A stretch of 64,000 nt of DNA from assembly GCA_964567265.1 (NCBI GenBank), contig CAZMLK010000001.1, positions 459,723 to 523,722 of the forward strand. The letters run 5' to 3'. The DNA comes from an uncultured Candidatus Saccharibacteria bacterium. Its GTDB lineage: Bacteria; Patescibacteriota; Minisyncoccia; Phycocordibacterales; UBA12088. Below the pieces are notes generated by a model that was not told the DNA's origin, ran no database searches, and saw only the letters and a program-made list of their open reading frames with translations. Shown here piece by piece: positions 18,159 to 26,950 of the stretch. Position numbers and translations under genes: made by a program. Positions within the stretch are counted from its first letter, which is position 1; every line of letters begins with the position of its first letter.

Positions 18159-18743
18159 TCACAGTTCGGATGGCGGACTCGGAACATACCGCCTCATATC
18201 CCGTGACCACAGTCGTGCGAAGCGGTTATCGTCTTTGGGACGCACTACCGAAAGACGATACCAGCACATCCTGGCATACAGTTGGATGAATGGATCCACT
18301 GCTCCAGTCGGCAGCTCCGCTTCAGCAGTCATTATGAGTTCCGAAGTAGCACGTGCGCCCTCTCGAACAACCGAGGAAACACCAGATGGGAGTACGTGCT
18401 CCTTCAAAAACCGAAATGGCGTGGGGGTGCACCGGAAAATGATCGCGACCTCATTCCGCCAGATATGCACGGTGGGGTCATTCCTATTCTGATCCATCTG
18501 CTCGAGGATCTTGACCACGGTATCTCGTGTTTCGTCTGAATATATGAGGTCGATGAGCGGAAATGTCTCTATCCCGCTTCCCCCGATGCCCACGGTCATC
18601 GTCTGGACCACTGCCCCGTAGAATAGTCTCCCCGGCCCCTTGCCCGGCACGTACATGATTTCCATGGCATCCCACTCCTCATGATGTGATGGTACCGCAC
18701 TGTCTACTTCGGAGAGTAAACAGTGCGTGCGCACATGTGTCAA
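18159..18743 (-). CDS. Hypothetical protein (weak call)
   Basis: Long ORF with no recognisable motif; the true start may be the internal 'MEIMYVPGKG'. Confidence 0.3.
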   Translation of the reverse strand: MTHVRTHCLLSEVDSAVPSHHEEWDAMEIMYVPGKGPGRLFYGAVVQTMTVGIGGSGIETFPLIDLIYSDETRDTVVKILEQMDQNRNDPTVHIWRNEVAIIFRCTPTPFRFLKEHVLPSGVSSVVREGARATSELIMTAEAELPTGAVDPFIQLYARMCWYRLSVVRPKDDNRFARLWSRDMRRYVPSPPSEL

Positions 18744-18761
18744 TGGCCCTTCAGAGGAGTG

Positions 18762-19115
18762 CTATACCGCAGACGATTCTGCGATCGCCCCGTCTTCTAT
18801 TTTCTCGATGGTTGCGGGCGTCGGAGGCACCGTCTTCGCGAAGACGGTGAGTTCCTTCTGCTTGCGGAGCTCCTCTTCCAACCGGAGATTCTCCTTGAGC
18901 AGCTTCTTGTATTTGAAATAGTTCCGGATGCTCTCTGGAAGCAGGAAGATGAGCGTGATCAAAACTCCCATCACGAGCGTGAGGAGAAGGATGATCGCGA
19001 GCGACCCCTCAAGCTGCCACGAGAAGAACTTGACCTGGATGACCGCGATATTCTGAAGCGCGAATACGACTGAAAGACCTCCGAGAATCGTGCCAAGAAT
19101 GAGTGAAAGTATCAT
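18762..19115 (-). CDS. LapA/DUF1049-like small inner-membrane protein
   Basis: 'MILSLILGTILGGLSVVFALQNIAVIQVKFFSWQLEGSLAIILLLTLVMGVLI' shows the two-TM LapA-domain pattern, followed by a coiled-coil tail. Confidence 0.55.
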   Translation of the reverse strand: MILSLILGTILGGLSVVFALQNIAVIQVKFFSWQLEGSLAIILLLTLVMGVLITLIFLLPESIRNYFKYKKLLKENLRLEEELRKQKELTVFAKTVPPTPATIEKIEDGAIAESSAV

Positions 19116-19220
19116 AAAAAGGAGTGATTAATATCCCTAGTATACCCTTTCGCCAACGCTTTCCCTATCACATGAGCGCTTTCGACACACTCTGTTAAAA
19201 AAAGAAAAGCCTACTCGCGA

Positions 19221-19715
19221 TTACTCGCTTTCAGCTTTCTTGACGGCGAATCGCCAGAATGGAGCCCAACCTGCATCAATCATGCGAAGACGGATGCCAC
19301 GTCCGGCTCCCGCATGTATACACGGAACAAAACGATATCCGCGTCCATCGTCCCAAACATCTTTTGGCGCGGCTATAGGGGGTGCGAGTTCGAGCAATGG
19401 ATCCATCGCTCGAAGGGAAAGCAATTCTGCAGTATTCACTGCCTGGTATCCATTGTCCGATAGGATTGTGGCAGTGTCTTCTCGAGCACTAATCCACCAA
19501 GGGAACGATACGAGTTCGATGGTTGATGATGTGCAACCATCACCTTTCTGCGGAAAATGCAAGTCAGTGAGTCGATGATCCACAAAATCAGTGGGTCGTG
19601 ATCCTTCTCGTATCCGAGCGAGTAGGTGCCGAATCGTTCCCTGGCCACAGTAGGTCACCTGAACCACGTACCGCGCTTGGATTTTCACTTTCCGGCCTCC
19701 CTTTCTGTCTGCCAC
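19221..19715 (-). CDS. Hypothetical protein (weak call)
   Basis: ORF only; no motif recognised. Confidence 0.3.
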   Translation of the reverse strand: MADRKGGRKVKIQARYVVQVTYCGQGTIRHLLARIREGSRPTDFVDHRLTDLHFPQKGDGCTSSTIELVSFPWWISAREDTATILSDNGYQAVNTAELLSLRAMDPLLELAPPIAAPKDVWDDGRGYRFVPCIHAGAGRGIRLRMIDAGWAPFWRFAVKKAESE

Positions 19716-19762
19716 GAGTTATACCACGATTGCGACACTTGTCTATGCGAATGGCCAATCGG

Positions 19763-20809
19763 TTACTCAGCGAAGAGCACCTTCGCCTTGTCCCAGATTT
19801 CCGGCTGATCGTGCTTCACTTTCATCCAATACCACCACTCGACGCCCCAGAAATAGAATCCCTTGAGGCCGGTCGCTTTCGCGAAGGCGACGTTCTCGTC
19901 GAACATTGCCCCGTTCATGGACTTCGCCTGCTCGGAGAGGCTCGCCTCAGCGAGCGGCTTCGATGCCCACGGCTCGGCCTGGAGCTCGATGCAGATGACC
20001 GGCTTCCCATACAGCTTCCCGATGAGCGCGGCTTTATTCGCATAGATCTCAGGACTGAGGAATGCGTACGGATTGATGCCGAAGGTGTCGAAGCCCGGCT
20101 TCCAGCTGTCGCGATACATGGTGATGCCGACGACGTCGGCGATCTTCGCGACATCCGTCCACGTCGAAAGCTCTCCTGAATCAGAGATGATGATCTGACG
20201 CGATGAATCAAGCGATTTCACCGCATCATATTCCGCCTTGAGGAGTCCCTGGCTGTCCGCGTAGTACCACTTCGGGCACTTTCCGAACCGGATGACCGGC
20301 TCGTTCTCGATCTGCCAGTAGCTGATCGCATCCGAATCCTTATAACGGGCGACCACGGTTCGGACATACGCAAGGATCTCTTCCTGCTGCTGATCCGCGG
20401 GGACATTCTGGAGCCAGCCGGGCTCATGGCATTCCGGCCAGCGTCCGGTCTTCATGCCGACGACGAGGATGAGCTTCACATTGTTCCGCTCCGCCTCCTT
20501 CACCTGCCAGTCGAGCTCATCGAAGGTATACGCGCCCTTCAAGCCTTCGATCGATTCCCAATTGATATGGATCTTGATGTTCTTGGCGCCGAGGTCGTGG
20601 ACGATCGCCGAATAGGTTTCCCGGGAGTCGAGACCGAGGTACTCCGCCTGGCTCTCCGAGAAGTCGACGCCCCATTGGATCTCCTCTGAGACCGCTGCAT
20701 TTTCATCTCCCTTTTCAGCCTTCGAGGTATTCAGCCACACAAAAAAAGACCCTACGAGGAGGAGACAGATGGCGACGCCAGACAGTATGAATTTTATGAA
20801 TATACGCAT
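19763..20809 (-). CDS. Membrane-anchored TIM-barrel glycoside hydrolase (GH5-like)
   Basis: 'ISYWQIENEP' (NEP acid/base motif), 'NIKIHINWESIE' and 'VICIELQAEPW'. N-terminal TM; ATG at MRIFIKF. Confidence 0.65.
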   Translation of the reverse strand: MRIFIKFILSGVAICLLLVGSFFVWLNTSKAEKGDENAAVSEEIQWGVDFSESQAEYLGLDSRETYSAIVHDLGAKNIKIHINWESIEGLKGAYTFDELDWQVKEAERNNVKLILVVGMKTGRWPECHEPGWLQNVPADQQQEEILAYVRTVVARYKDSDAISYWQIENEPVIRFGKCPKWYYADSQGLLKAEYDAVKSLDSSRQIIISDSGELSTWTDVAKIADVVGITMYRDSWKPGFDTFGINPYAFLSPEIYANKAALIGKLYGKPVICIELQAEPWASKPLAEASLSEQAKSMNGAMFDENVAFAKATGLKGFYFWGVEWWYWMKVKHDQPEIWDKAKVLFAE

Positions 20810-20936
20810 AATTTGCGCTCTTTTGAGCAGCCCGCACCATAACACGAGGAGCGGTATAAATCAAGATGCCTACTCTATCAGTGACGTATGCCGCAAGGGT
20901 TTCTTTCACGGCTTCCGAGCAAGCGGGCGGCGATAG

Positions 20937-20968
20937 AAAACCCCCTCGTCGCTCTTGCGACGAGGGGG
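20937..20968. terminator. Rho-independent terminator for the minus-strand gene 20989-21789
   Basis: CCCCCTCGTCGC-TCTT-GCGACGAGGGGG with an A-run on the plus strand (a U-tract on the minus strand). Confidence 0.55.
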
Positions 20969-20988
20969 TTGGAATCAACCAAAATTCG

Positions 20989-21789
20989 TTAGGTGGGACG
21001 TAGTGCTTTGGCAAGATTAACCAACGTTCGTTCCAGCGTTGATGTGGTTGTCGATCGGAGATCTGCAGGATTGAACATCCTGAGGTGCCTGATCGAAGGA
21101 TTCCGAGTTGACGCAAATGTGTCATCGATGCAGACAACAAGCGGAGGATTCCCCGTGCGACGGCAGTTGCTGATCGCTGCGTTCACGATTATGTCAAACC
21201 ACGGGCACTTCTGTGCTTCTTCGCCGATTACGATGACATATCGATCCCCTGACTCGGCAATTGCTGCCGCATCCGTGAACGTGCCACCGGTTGGAAGCGC
21301 TTCGAGGAAGAGTGTGGTAGGCACACCTGCGATACCAAGCCCCTCGGCAATCAGCTTTGCGATCGCAGTATTTGCCTCGGGTGCATAGACAATAGTTCTT
21401 GGAAAACGCACCCTGACTGCCCACGCAAGCTGCCCTTGCAATCTGGGTCTATCAAACGCAAGCACCGGTTCTGGCTCCGCCGCTTTTTGCTGAGTCGGGG
21501 CAAGCAGCTTCGAGACGAAGGTCAGGCTGCAACCGTCACGGCTGTAGAATACATCGACGTGCCAGTCGGAATACCGTCTCCTGATCTCGGCCAATTGTGG
21601 AGGAGTAACATGCGCTCCTCGCAGGAACGTTGCCATACCGTTGAGGGTAATGTACGTGGTACCCTCGACATACCCGTGGAGTTCCCCGTCGATGTACCCT
21701 TCGAGCAAATCAACCCGTTGGAGGTCATCTCCAGATGGAGCCAGTGCTTCAGATACCTTGATTGCCATGACAAACTCCTTCATCGCCAA
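20989..21789 (-). CDS. Hypothetical protein
   Basis: 266-aa ORF; no confident motif. Confidence 0.4.
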   Translation of the reverse strand: MAMKEFVMAIKVSEALAPSGDDLQRVDLLEGYIDGELHGYVEGTTYITLNGMATFLRGAHVTPPQLAEIRRRYSDWHVDVFYSRDGCSLTFVSKLLAPTQQKAAEPEPVLAFDRPRLQGQLAWAVRVRFPRTIVYAPEANTAIAKLIAEGLGIAGVPTTLFLEALPTGGTFTDAAAIAESGDRYVIVIGEEAQKCPWFDIIVNAAISNCRRTGNPPLVVCIDDTFASTRNPSIRHLRMFNPADLRSTTTSTLERTLVNLAKALRPT

Positions 21790-21858
21790 TGTTGTTCTCT
21801 CACGAGACTAAACAATAATGATGTATTTTGTCAAGTATCAGTCGCTTTGTCGGCTTAC

Positions 21859-21893
21859 AAAAAGCCGCCCCGGCATGCCGGGGCGGCTTTTTG
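21859..21893. terminator. Palindromic rho-independent terminator
   Basis: AAAAAGCCGCCCCGGCATGCCGGGGCGGCTTTTT. Confidence 0.6.
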
Positions 21894-21900
21894 ATTCCTT

Positions 21901-22314
21901 CTATTTCTTCCCCGCGATATTGACCAGCCAGTGGATGCCGAACTTGTCGGTAAGCATGCCGAAGGTGTCTCCCCAAGGGGCGGTGGCGATCGGCATAGTG
22001 ATCGTCGCGCCCTCTGCAAGCTTGTCCCAGTATCCTTTGAGCTCCGCTTCGTCATCGCCGCTCAGCGAGATCGAGACATTCGCACCGGGATTGTACGGCA
22101 TGCCCGGAGGAGTGTCCGAGGCCATCAAGGTCATGCCATTGCCGGCGACGACCATGCCGTGCATGATCTTGTCCGCATCTGCGGGCTCAACGGGCATGCC
22201 GCCTTCCTTGAAGGTGCTCATGGTCAGCGTCCCGCCGAAGACATTCTTGTAAAACTCGAGCGCGTCCCTCGCGTCATCCTTGAAGCTGATGTAGGGGTTG
22301 AGCTTGCTTTGCAT
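21901..22314 (-). CDS. VOC-superfamily protein (PhnB-like glyoxalase fold)
   Basis: 'MHGMVVAGNGMTLMASD' and 'PWGDTFGMLTDKFGIHWLVN'. Confidence 0.7.
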   Translation of the reverse strand: MQSKLNPYISFKDDARDALEFYKNVFGGTLTMSTFKEGGMPVEPADADKIMHGMVVAGNGMTLMASDTPPGMPYNPGANVSISLSGDDEAELKGYWDKLAEGATITMPIATAPWGDTFGMLTDKFGIHWLVNIAGKK

Positions 22315-22383
22315 ATCTTTCTAATTTAATGAATAGGTTCCATCACTGTAATTCTACTAACCGGCTTCTGCAAATCGAATCCG

Positions 22384-22815
22384 TCAAGGATGCCGCTTCC
22401 CTGCCACGAGCATCACGCACGCTTTCGCGATCCGGACTCCACGCGCTTCCGTTCCTTTGACCTCATCGATCCAGCTGACGAAATCACGGCGCTCATCGGG
22501 GCTGAGATCCTTCCATGTATCCTTCGCTTTCGGGATTTCTCCGAGCGCTTTGTATAGGTTCATCGGCACGATCGCATAGCAGCACGGGCGGCGCTTTCCG
22601 GATGCAAGTCTCGACGGCACGCTTTCCACTCTCCGTGTCCGCGTCTCCGCTTGTTTTGCGGATTCTATCCAACTCACGAAATCCCTCCGTGCGATCGGCG
22701 TGAGATCCTTCCACTTCGCCGTTGCAGCCTGAGAAGCCGCGAGCACCTTGCGGAGATCGGCCGGAAGTGTGACCTCTCGTACTTTTGGAGCGGGCTTTTG
22801 GCTCATCTTGTTCAT
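22384..22815 (-). CDS. YdeI/OmpD-associated family protein (tandem duplicated domain)
   Basis: Two repeats: 'KWKDLTPIARRDFVSWIESAKQAETRTRRVE' and 'TWKDLSPDERRDFVSWIDEVKGTEARGVRIAKA'. Confidence 0.6.
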   Translation of the reverse strand: MNKMSQKPAPKVREVTLPADLRKVLAASQAATAKWKDLTPIARRDFVSWIESAKQAETRTRRVESVPSRLASGKRRPCCYAIVPMNLYKALGEIPKAKDTWKDLSPDERRDFVSWIDEVKGTEARGVRIAKACVMLVAGKRHP

Positions 22816-22876
22816 GGACCCATTCTAGCAAATTTCACTTACTGGCGGAGCAGGACACATCTTGTAGAATAGATGC

Positions 22877-23311
22877 ATGGCAGAACTCAAAACAAAACTA
22901 ACGAACGCGAGCGTCACGGACTTTTTGAAAGCGGTACCGGACGAGCAGAAGCGGAAGGACGGCACCGTGCTCCTCAAGATCTTCAAAGAGATAACGGGCG
23001 AAAAGCCGAAGATGTGGGGCACGAGCATCATCGGCTTCGGCACTTACCACTACAAATCCGAAAAGAGCCGGCAGGAAGGTGACTGGATGCTGACCGGCTT
23101 CTCTCCCCGCAAGCAGAATCTCACGCTCTACCTCATGATGCTCGGGCTTGCCGAGTCGCAGGTGCTTCTGAAGAAATTGGGCAAGTATAAGACCAGCGGC
23201 GGAGATATGGGCGGCTGCCTCTACATCAACAAGCTCGCAGATGTGGACCAGGCCGTCCTCAAGCAGATCATCAAGAAGTCCTACGTCGCGATGAAGAAGA
23301 AGTATACGTAG
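22877..23311 (+). CDS. DUF1801 (YdhG-like) domain protein
   Basis: 'VTDFLKAVPDEQKRKDGTVLLKIFKEITGEKPKMWGTSIIGFGTYHYK' is a DUF1801 block. Confidence 0.6.
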   Translation: MAELKTKLTNASVTDFLKAVPDEQKRKDGTVLLKIFKEITGEKPKMWGTSIIGFGTYHYKSEKSRQEGDWMLTGFSPRKQNLTLYLMMLGLAESQVLLKKLGKYKTSGGDMGGCLYINKLADVDQAVLKQIIKKSYVAMKKKYT

Positions 23312-23393
23312 CGAGCGCTGTGGAAGTACGCCACATCAGGCTGACTTAAATTAGACGCGTCTCATGTTCCCGTTCCCCGACTCCAGATGCGTA

Positions 23394-23915
23394 CTACAAG
23401 AGTATCTGAGTCGTCGAAGGCAGGCGGTCTCGGATGATCCGCAAGTCCTCGTCGGAGATGTCATTGCCCGAAAGATCAAGCACCTCGAGTTTCTGCAGGC
23501 TTCCGAGTTCGTGCGGAATGCCGGTCAGCTGATTATTCGATGCCTTTAGGATGCGTAGTTTTGAAAGTTGACCGAGCTCAGCAGGAAGGCCGGTCATCTT
23601 GTTATTGCTGATGTCGAGAATTTGCAGGTTCTGCAGTCTTCGAATCTCGGCCGGAAGCGCTCCGGTGAGTTGGTTGTTCGAGAGATTCAAATCCTGCAGA
23701 TTAGTCATCGCGAGGATGTCATCAGGCATCTTTGAGAGATTCTGCCCACTTCGATTCAGGCTTGCAAGCGCAGGCACACCGCCGGGGGCATTCGTAGTGA
23801 CTTCCGTCTGCGATGATTGCTGCGCGGGCGGAGATTTAGCCACGTAATCGTTGTAATAAGAATAGACACCTATGGCAAGGAGGAAAGCGATGGTGGTGGA
23901 AATAAGGATGGTCAT
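23394..23915 (-). CDS. Membrane-anchored leucine-rich-repeat (LRR) protein
   Basis: N-terminal TM, then about six LRR units of the form 'LxxLxxLDLSNNQLTGLPAEL'. Confidence 0.7.
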   Translation of the reverse strand: MTILISTTIAFLLAIGVYSYYNDYVAKSPPAQQSSQTEVTTNAPGGVPALASLNRSGQNLSKMPDDILAMTNLQDLNLSNNQLTGALPAEIRRLQNLQILDISNNKMTGLPAELGQLSKLRILKASNNQLTGIPHELGSLQKLEVLDLSGNDISDEDLRIIRDRLPSTTQILL

Positions 23916-23989
23916 AAAGTGAGAATACGCCTTCTAGCAAGCATCCGCAATCAAAGGAAGCGATGAGCAGCAAGGGCGAGCGCGCAAGA

Positions 23990-24571
23990 CTACTTCAGTT
24001 TCTGCCTCTCCACGGTATGCGCTCGCACGGTGCTGAGTCCCCCTGTCTCCGTTCCCACTCCATAGTTGATGCCGTTTACCAGGAAAGTTCCGCTGGTATC
24101 TGATGCACGGGCGGCAATGACATCGGAATCCCGGATGATGATTCCGTTATTCTTCGTACGGACCTTGCTCCGATTCTTTTCAACCTCCCCCACCCCCTTC
24201 CAATCTAGGAGAATGGCGAGATCGAATCCTCCTATGTTCGTCGTTAGGTTCAATGATGCCTTCTTGAGCCCATTCTGACTGAACTGGCCATCTGTCAGCG
24301 GAACCACGCTGGCGAAACTGTAACTCGAACCGATATCGCAGATATTGTTGAACGTCCCGAACACAAATGCTTGTGTCGGCGGAAGCGGACCTTTGGGGAG
24401 TATGCGCTCTGTCTCGACAACTGAAACGCCGACGACCACATCTTCACAGCCTTGCACGGATGAAAAATAGGCTTCCGCCTGTTCTTCCGAATAGCCGGTA
24501 GTGGTCGCCGCTGCCATAGCCGAAAAAGGCAAGGCAACCAGCATAAGCACTGAGAAAATACTCGCTTTCAT
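23990..24571 (-). CDS. Secreted hypothetical protein
   Basis: Signal peptide 'MKASIFSVLMLVALPFSAMA'; no known motif. The track ORF extends upstream to 24688. Confidence 0.45.
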   Translation of the reverse strand: MKASIFSVLMLVALPFSAMAAATTTGYSEEQAEAYFSSVQGCEDVVVGVSVVETERILPKGPLPPTQAFVFGTFNNICDIGSSYSFASVVPLTDGQFSQNGLKKASLNLTTNIGGFDLAILLDWKGVGEVEKNRSKVRTKNNGIIIRDSDVIAARASDTSGTFLVNGINYGVGTETGGLSTVRAHTVERQKLK

Positions 24572-24723
24572 AACTTCATCGTACGAAATGGACGATGAAG
24601 AGGGGGTGTGGTTGAGCGAGAGTATAGGCAGCAAATACACCACATCATTTTGGCTTAAAATTGGACGTGTCCCCTTCCCCTTCCCCAAAGAAAGCAGATA
24701 CTTTCACATTCCGAACTTCTCAT

Positions 24724-24776
24724 AAATAAAGAAACCGCCCGACCGAGGAGCCAAGCGGTTCCTTCGTGTCGGGCGG
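24724..24776. terminator. Rho-independent terminator for minus-strand gene 24781-25275
   Basis: 9-bp stem CCGCCCGAC/GTCGGGCGG with a structured loop, followed on the minus strand by TTTCTTTATTT. Confidence 0.5.
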
Positions 24777-24780
24777 GATG

Positions 24781-25275
24781 TCAGCCAATGGCTCTCTGGA
24801 GAAGAGCTTTCAGCTCCTGGGCAGCGGGCTGCTTCATCGTCTCCTCCAAGCGAGCGAGCGCTGCGGGGGAACAATAACTGGCGCCACCACCCTGGATTTC
24901 CAGACGAGCACTCACGGTGTGGACTCCTTCAAGGCCCATCGCCGCGAGTTTTTCAGCGAGGATGCTGATGTAGCGGTTGTAGGCGTAGAACTTGTCAGCC
25001 TTGAGGTGATAGGTTGGACGGATTTCAACCGTATAGTTCCTATCAATCCAAGGAGCCGCGTCTTGCATCTTGGCTTCGCTCATCCAGTTGATGCTCGGTG
25101 CGAGGCTTCCGCCTTCCCAGTAGGATACCCACGGGTTAGCTTTGTCTACTTCCTTGATAAGCTCACAAAGATGAGCTCCATCAAGATGTGCTTCATTCAT
25201 CACACTGAAGTTGATGAAAGCTTGTACACCGAAACACTGCTCATTCCACGACTTGTTGTGCTGATTGGCCTCCAT
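24781..25275 (-). CDS. Hypothetical protein
   Basis: ATG at 25275, with an AAGGAGG Shine-Dalgarno sequence and a consensus promoter upstream. No family recognised. Confidence 0.5.
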   Translation of the reverse strand: MEANQHNKSWNEQCFGVQAFINFSVMNEAHLDGAHLCELIKEVDKANPWVSYWEGGSLAPSINWMSEAKMQDAAPWIDRNYTVEIRPTYHLKADKFYAYNRYISILAEKLAAMGLEGVHTVSARLEIQGGGASYCSPAALARLEETMKQPAAQELKALLQRAIG

Positions 25276-25319
25276 TGGAGAACCTCCTTAATTTCAAAAG
25301 GGCGATTTTACCCTCTATA

Positions 25320-25348
25320 ATTATATACTAAAATGGTAATATTGTCAA
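25320..25348 (-). promoter_or_regulatory. Consensus sigma70-type promoter (TTGACA-N17-TATAAT) reading leftward into gene 24781-25275
   Basis: Minus-strand TTGACA at 25348-25343, a 17-nt spacer, TATAAT at 25325-25320, and AAGGAGG at 25287-25283. Confidence 0.5.
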
Positions 25349-25510
25349 ATAGGTTCGGGCGTCCGACTACTGTCCAAAAAATAAATAGCTCAAACAAAAA
25401 AGATTTTTACTGGCTCCCACGATGGAACGAGTTCCGAACCATACATTGGGCCGAATTATTCGAATTTCCTGAAGTTTCAATGGTTCAAATACAACAATTA
25501 ACTTCCGATG

Positions 25511-25909
25511 TTAAACAAAGTTAATTAGGAAATTGTACATACCCATACCGCACACTCCTTGTAGTGGTTGACCGATTTTAGGAGTGCCGACATCAATAGT
25601 GTCTTCTCCGGTTTGGGGCAATATTTTCTGATAGCCAAGCGATCTAATTACTAAGGACGCCGAGCAGTCATAAGTACCGTTTGTTTTCACGACGAGCTTC
25701 GTCGGAATGCCACCCTTTGCTGTGGAGCTTTTCGGAGAATAGCCAGCTTTTGCATCGATAGTGATGTATTGCACGCCGTCTCGTATCTCGACATTCTGAG
25801 CTGCTCCCGTCGAAGCTGTCGGAGCGTTGCCCTTCGACCCACCGAGAAAGATAATGCCGAGGCCGACAACGAGGGCGAGCGTGAGGATGATCGAAGCAGT
25901 TTTGTTCAT
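25511..25909 (-). CDS. Secreted small cupredoxin-like / metal-binding protein (tentative)
   Basis: Signal/TM, then 'VVKTNGTYDCSASLVIRSLGYQKIL' and 'GVCGMGMYNF', with Cys/Met/His ligand candidates. It lies in the metal operon. The family call is weak. Confidence 0.4.
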   Translation of the reverse strand: MNKTASIILTLALVVGLGIIFLGGSKGNAPTASTGAAQNVEIRDGVQYITIDAKAGYSPKSSTAKGGIPTKLVVKTNGTYDCSASLVIRSLGYQKILPQTGEDTIDVGTPKIGQPLQGVCGMGMYNFLINFV

Positions 25910-25927
25910 AAGATAATTATATCAAAA

Positions 25928-26941
25928 TTAAATATTAAATAAGGGACGGATGATCCCCAATCCTGCGAGACCAGCAAGGAGTGCAAAGATGCCGAGGCCG
26001 ATCACCACGATCCCTGCTGACTTGAAGAAAAGCGGAGCATGTTTTGAATGTGCAAACGACACCGAACCGAAGGAAAGGAGCGCGAGCATCGGCAGGGTTC
26101 CAAGCGCGAACGAGAGCATGATCAGAAGTCCCGAGATGAATGATCCGCTTGAAAGCGCGGCGACCTGCATCGCTTGCGTGAATCCACAGGGCAGGAAGAA
26201 TGTACCGATACCGATAAGTATTGGAGCGAAAGTCGAGTGCTCAATTTTTCTGAAATAAGCAAAGATGCCGGTTGGCAAAGCCACTTTGCTTTTCTTAATG
26301 ACACCTATGAGATTGAGTCCAAGGAGTATCATCACACTTGATGCGATGAGACCGAGAATCGCCGAAAAGGTAAAGCTGATACCGATTGCCTTGCCGACCA
26401 GCCCCAACACTCCTCCAAGGACTGCAAATCCGAAGAGTCTACCGCCATGAAAAAGCACAAACTGTTTTTTGCTCGTTTTAGTGCTTTCATCTTGTGCGAC
26501 TTTCGCAGAAAGGGAGAGAATTAAGCCACCTACAATCGCCAGACAGCTTGAGACAGACGCAATGAGACCGATGATAAAGCTCGTTGTCGGTGTTGTCGTT
26601 CCACCAATTCCGAGGTTTAAAATGCCTGATTTTTGTAATATGAAAAACAGGATTAAGAACGCGAGACCAATGGGTATCGCTTTCCAAATAATATCGTCAG
26701 ACTTCTTTTCTTGAATAATCTTCTCGACTGAAAGGGTGTAGCCGTTTGGTTTTATTTTGGCTGTGAGAAGTTGCGCAATCTCCTCGAGGTTTTGATTACT
26801 ATCGGTCTCAATGGTGACCGTTTCTTTTTTCAAGTCAACCTGCGATTTTTGAATGAATGGCTGTTCGTTCAAAACATCTTCAATAAGGATTTTGCATGAT
26901 GCACAGTGAGTGCCAGAAACATGGAATGTAAGTGTTTTCAT
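25928..26941 (-). CDS. Heavy-metal-associated (HMA) domain fused to a CcdA/DsbD-like thiol-disulfide transporter membrane domain
   Basis: N-terminal 'GTHCASCK' (MxCxxC-type HMA motif). The TM domain has 'VSSCLAIVGG' and 'FFLPCGFTQAM', the two CcdA cysteines. Confidence 0.7.
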   Translation of the reverse strand: MKTLTFHVSGTHCASCKILIEDVLNEQPFIQKSQVDLKKETVTIETDSNQNLEEIAQLLTAKIKPNGYTLSVEKIIQEKKSDDIIWKAIPIGLAFLILFFILQKSGILNLGIGGTTTPTTSFIIGLIASVSSCLAIVGGLILSLSAKVAQDESTKTSKKQFVLFHGGRLFGFAVLGGVLGLVGKAIGISFTFSAILGLIASSVMILLGLNLIGVIKKSKVALPTGIFAYFRKIEHSTFAPILIGIGTFFLPCGFTQAMQVAALSSGSFISGLLIMLSFALGTLPMLALLSFGSVSFAHSKHAPLFFKSAGIVVIGLGIFALLAGLAGLGIIRPLFNI

Positions 26942-26950
26942 AAGTTTGTT

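Noticed and set aside
19598-20179. 193-aa plus-strand ORF
   Set aside because: It is antisense to the GH5-like hydrolase gene. The composition is Arg/Leu-rich and no motif is present.
25411-25443. Sequence 'tggctcccacgatggaacgagttccgaacca' at the island's left end, as a displaced tRNA 3'-end fragment (attL direct repeat)
   Set aside because: It shows only loose resemblance to the tRNA-Asn 3' half. No acceptor-stem identity could be found, and there is no T-arm with a 7-nt loop. Serine recombinases need only a 2-bp crossover, so no long direct repeat is expected.
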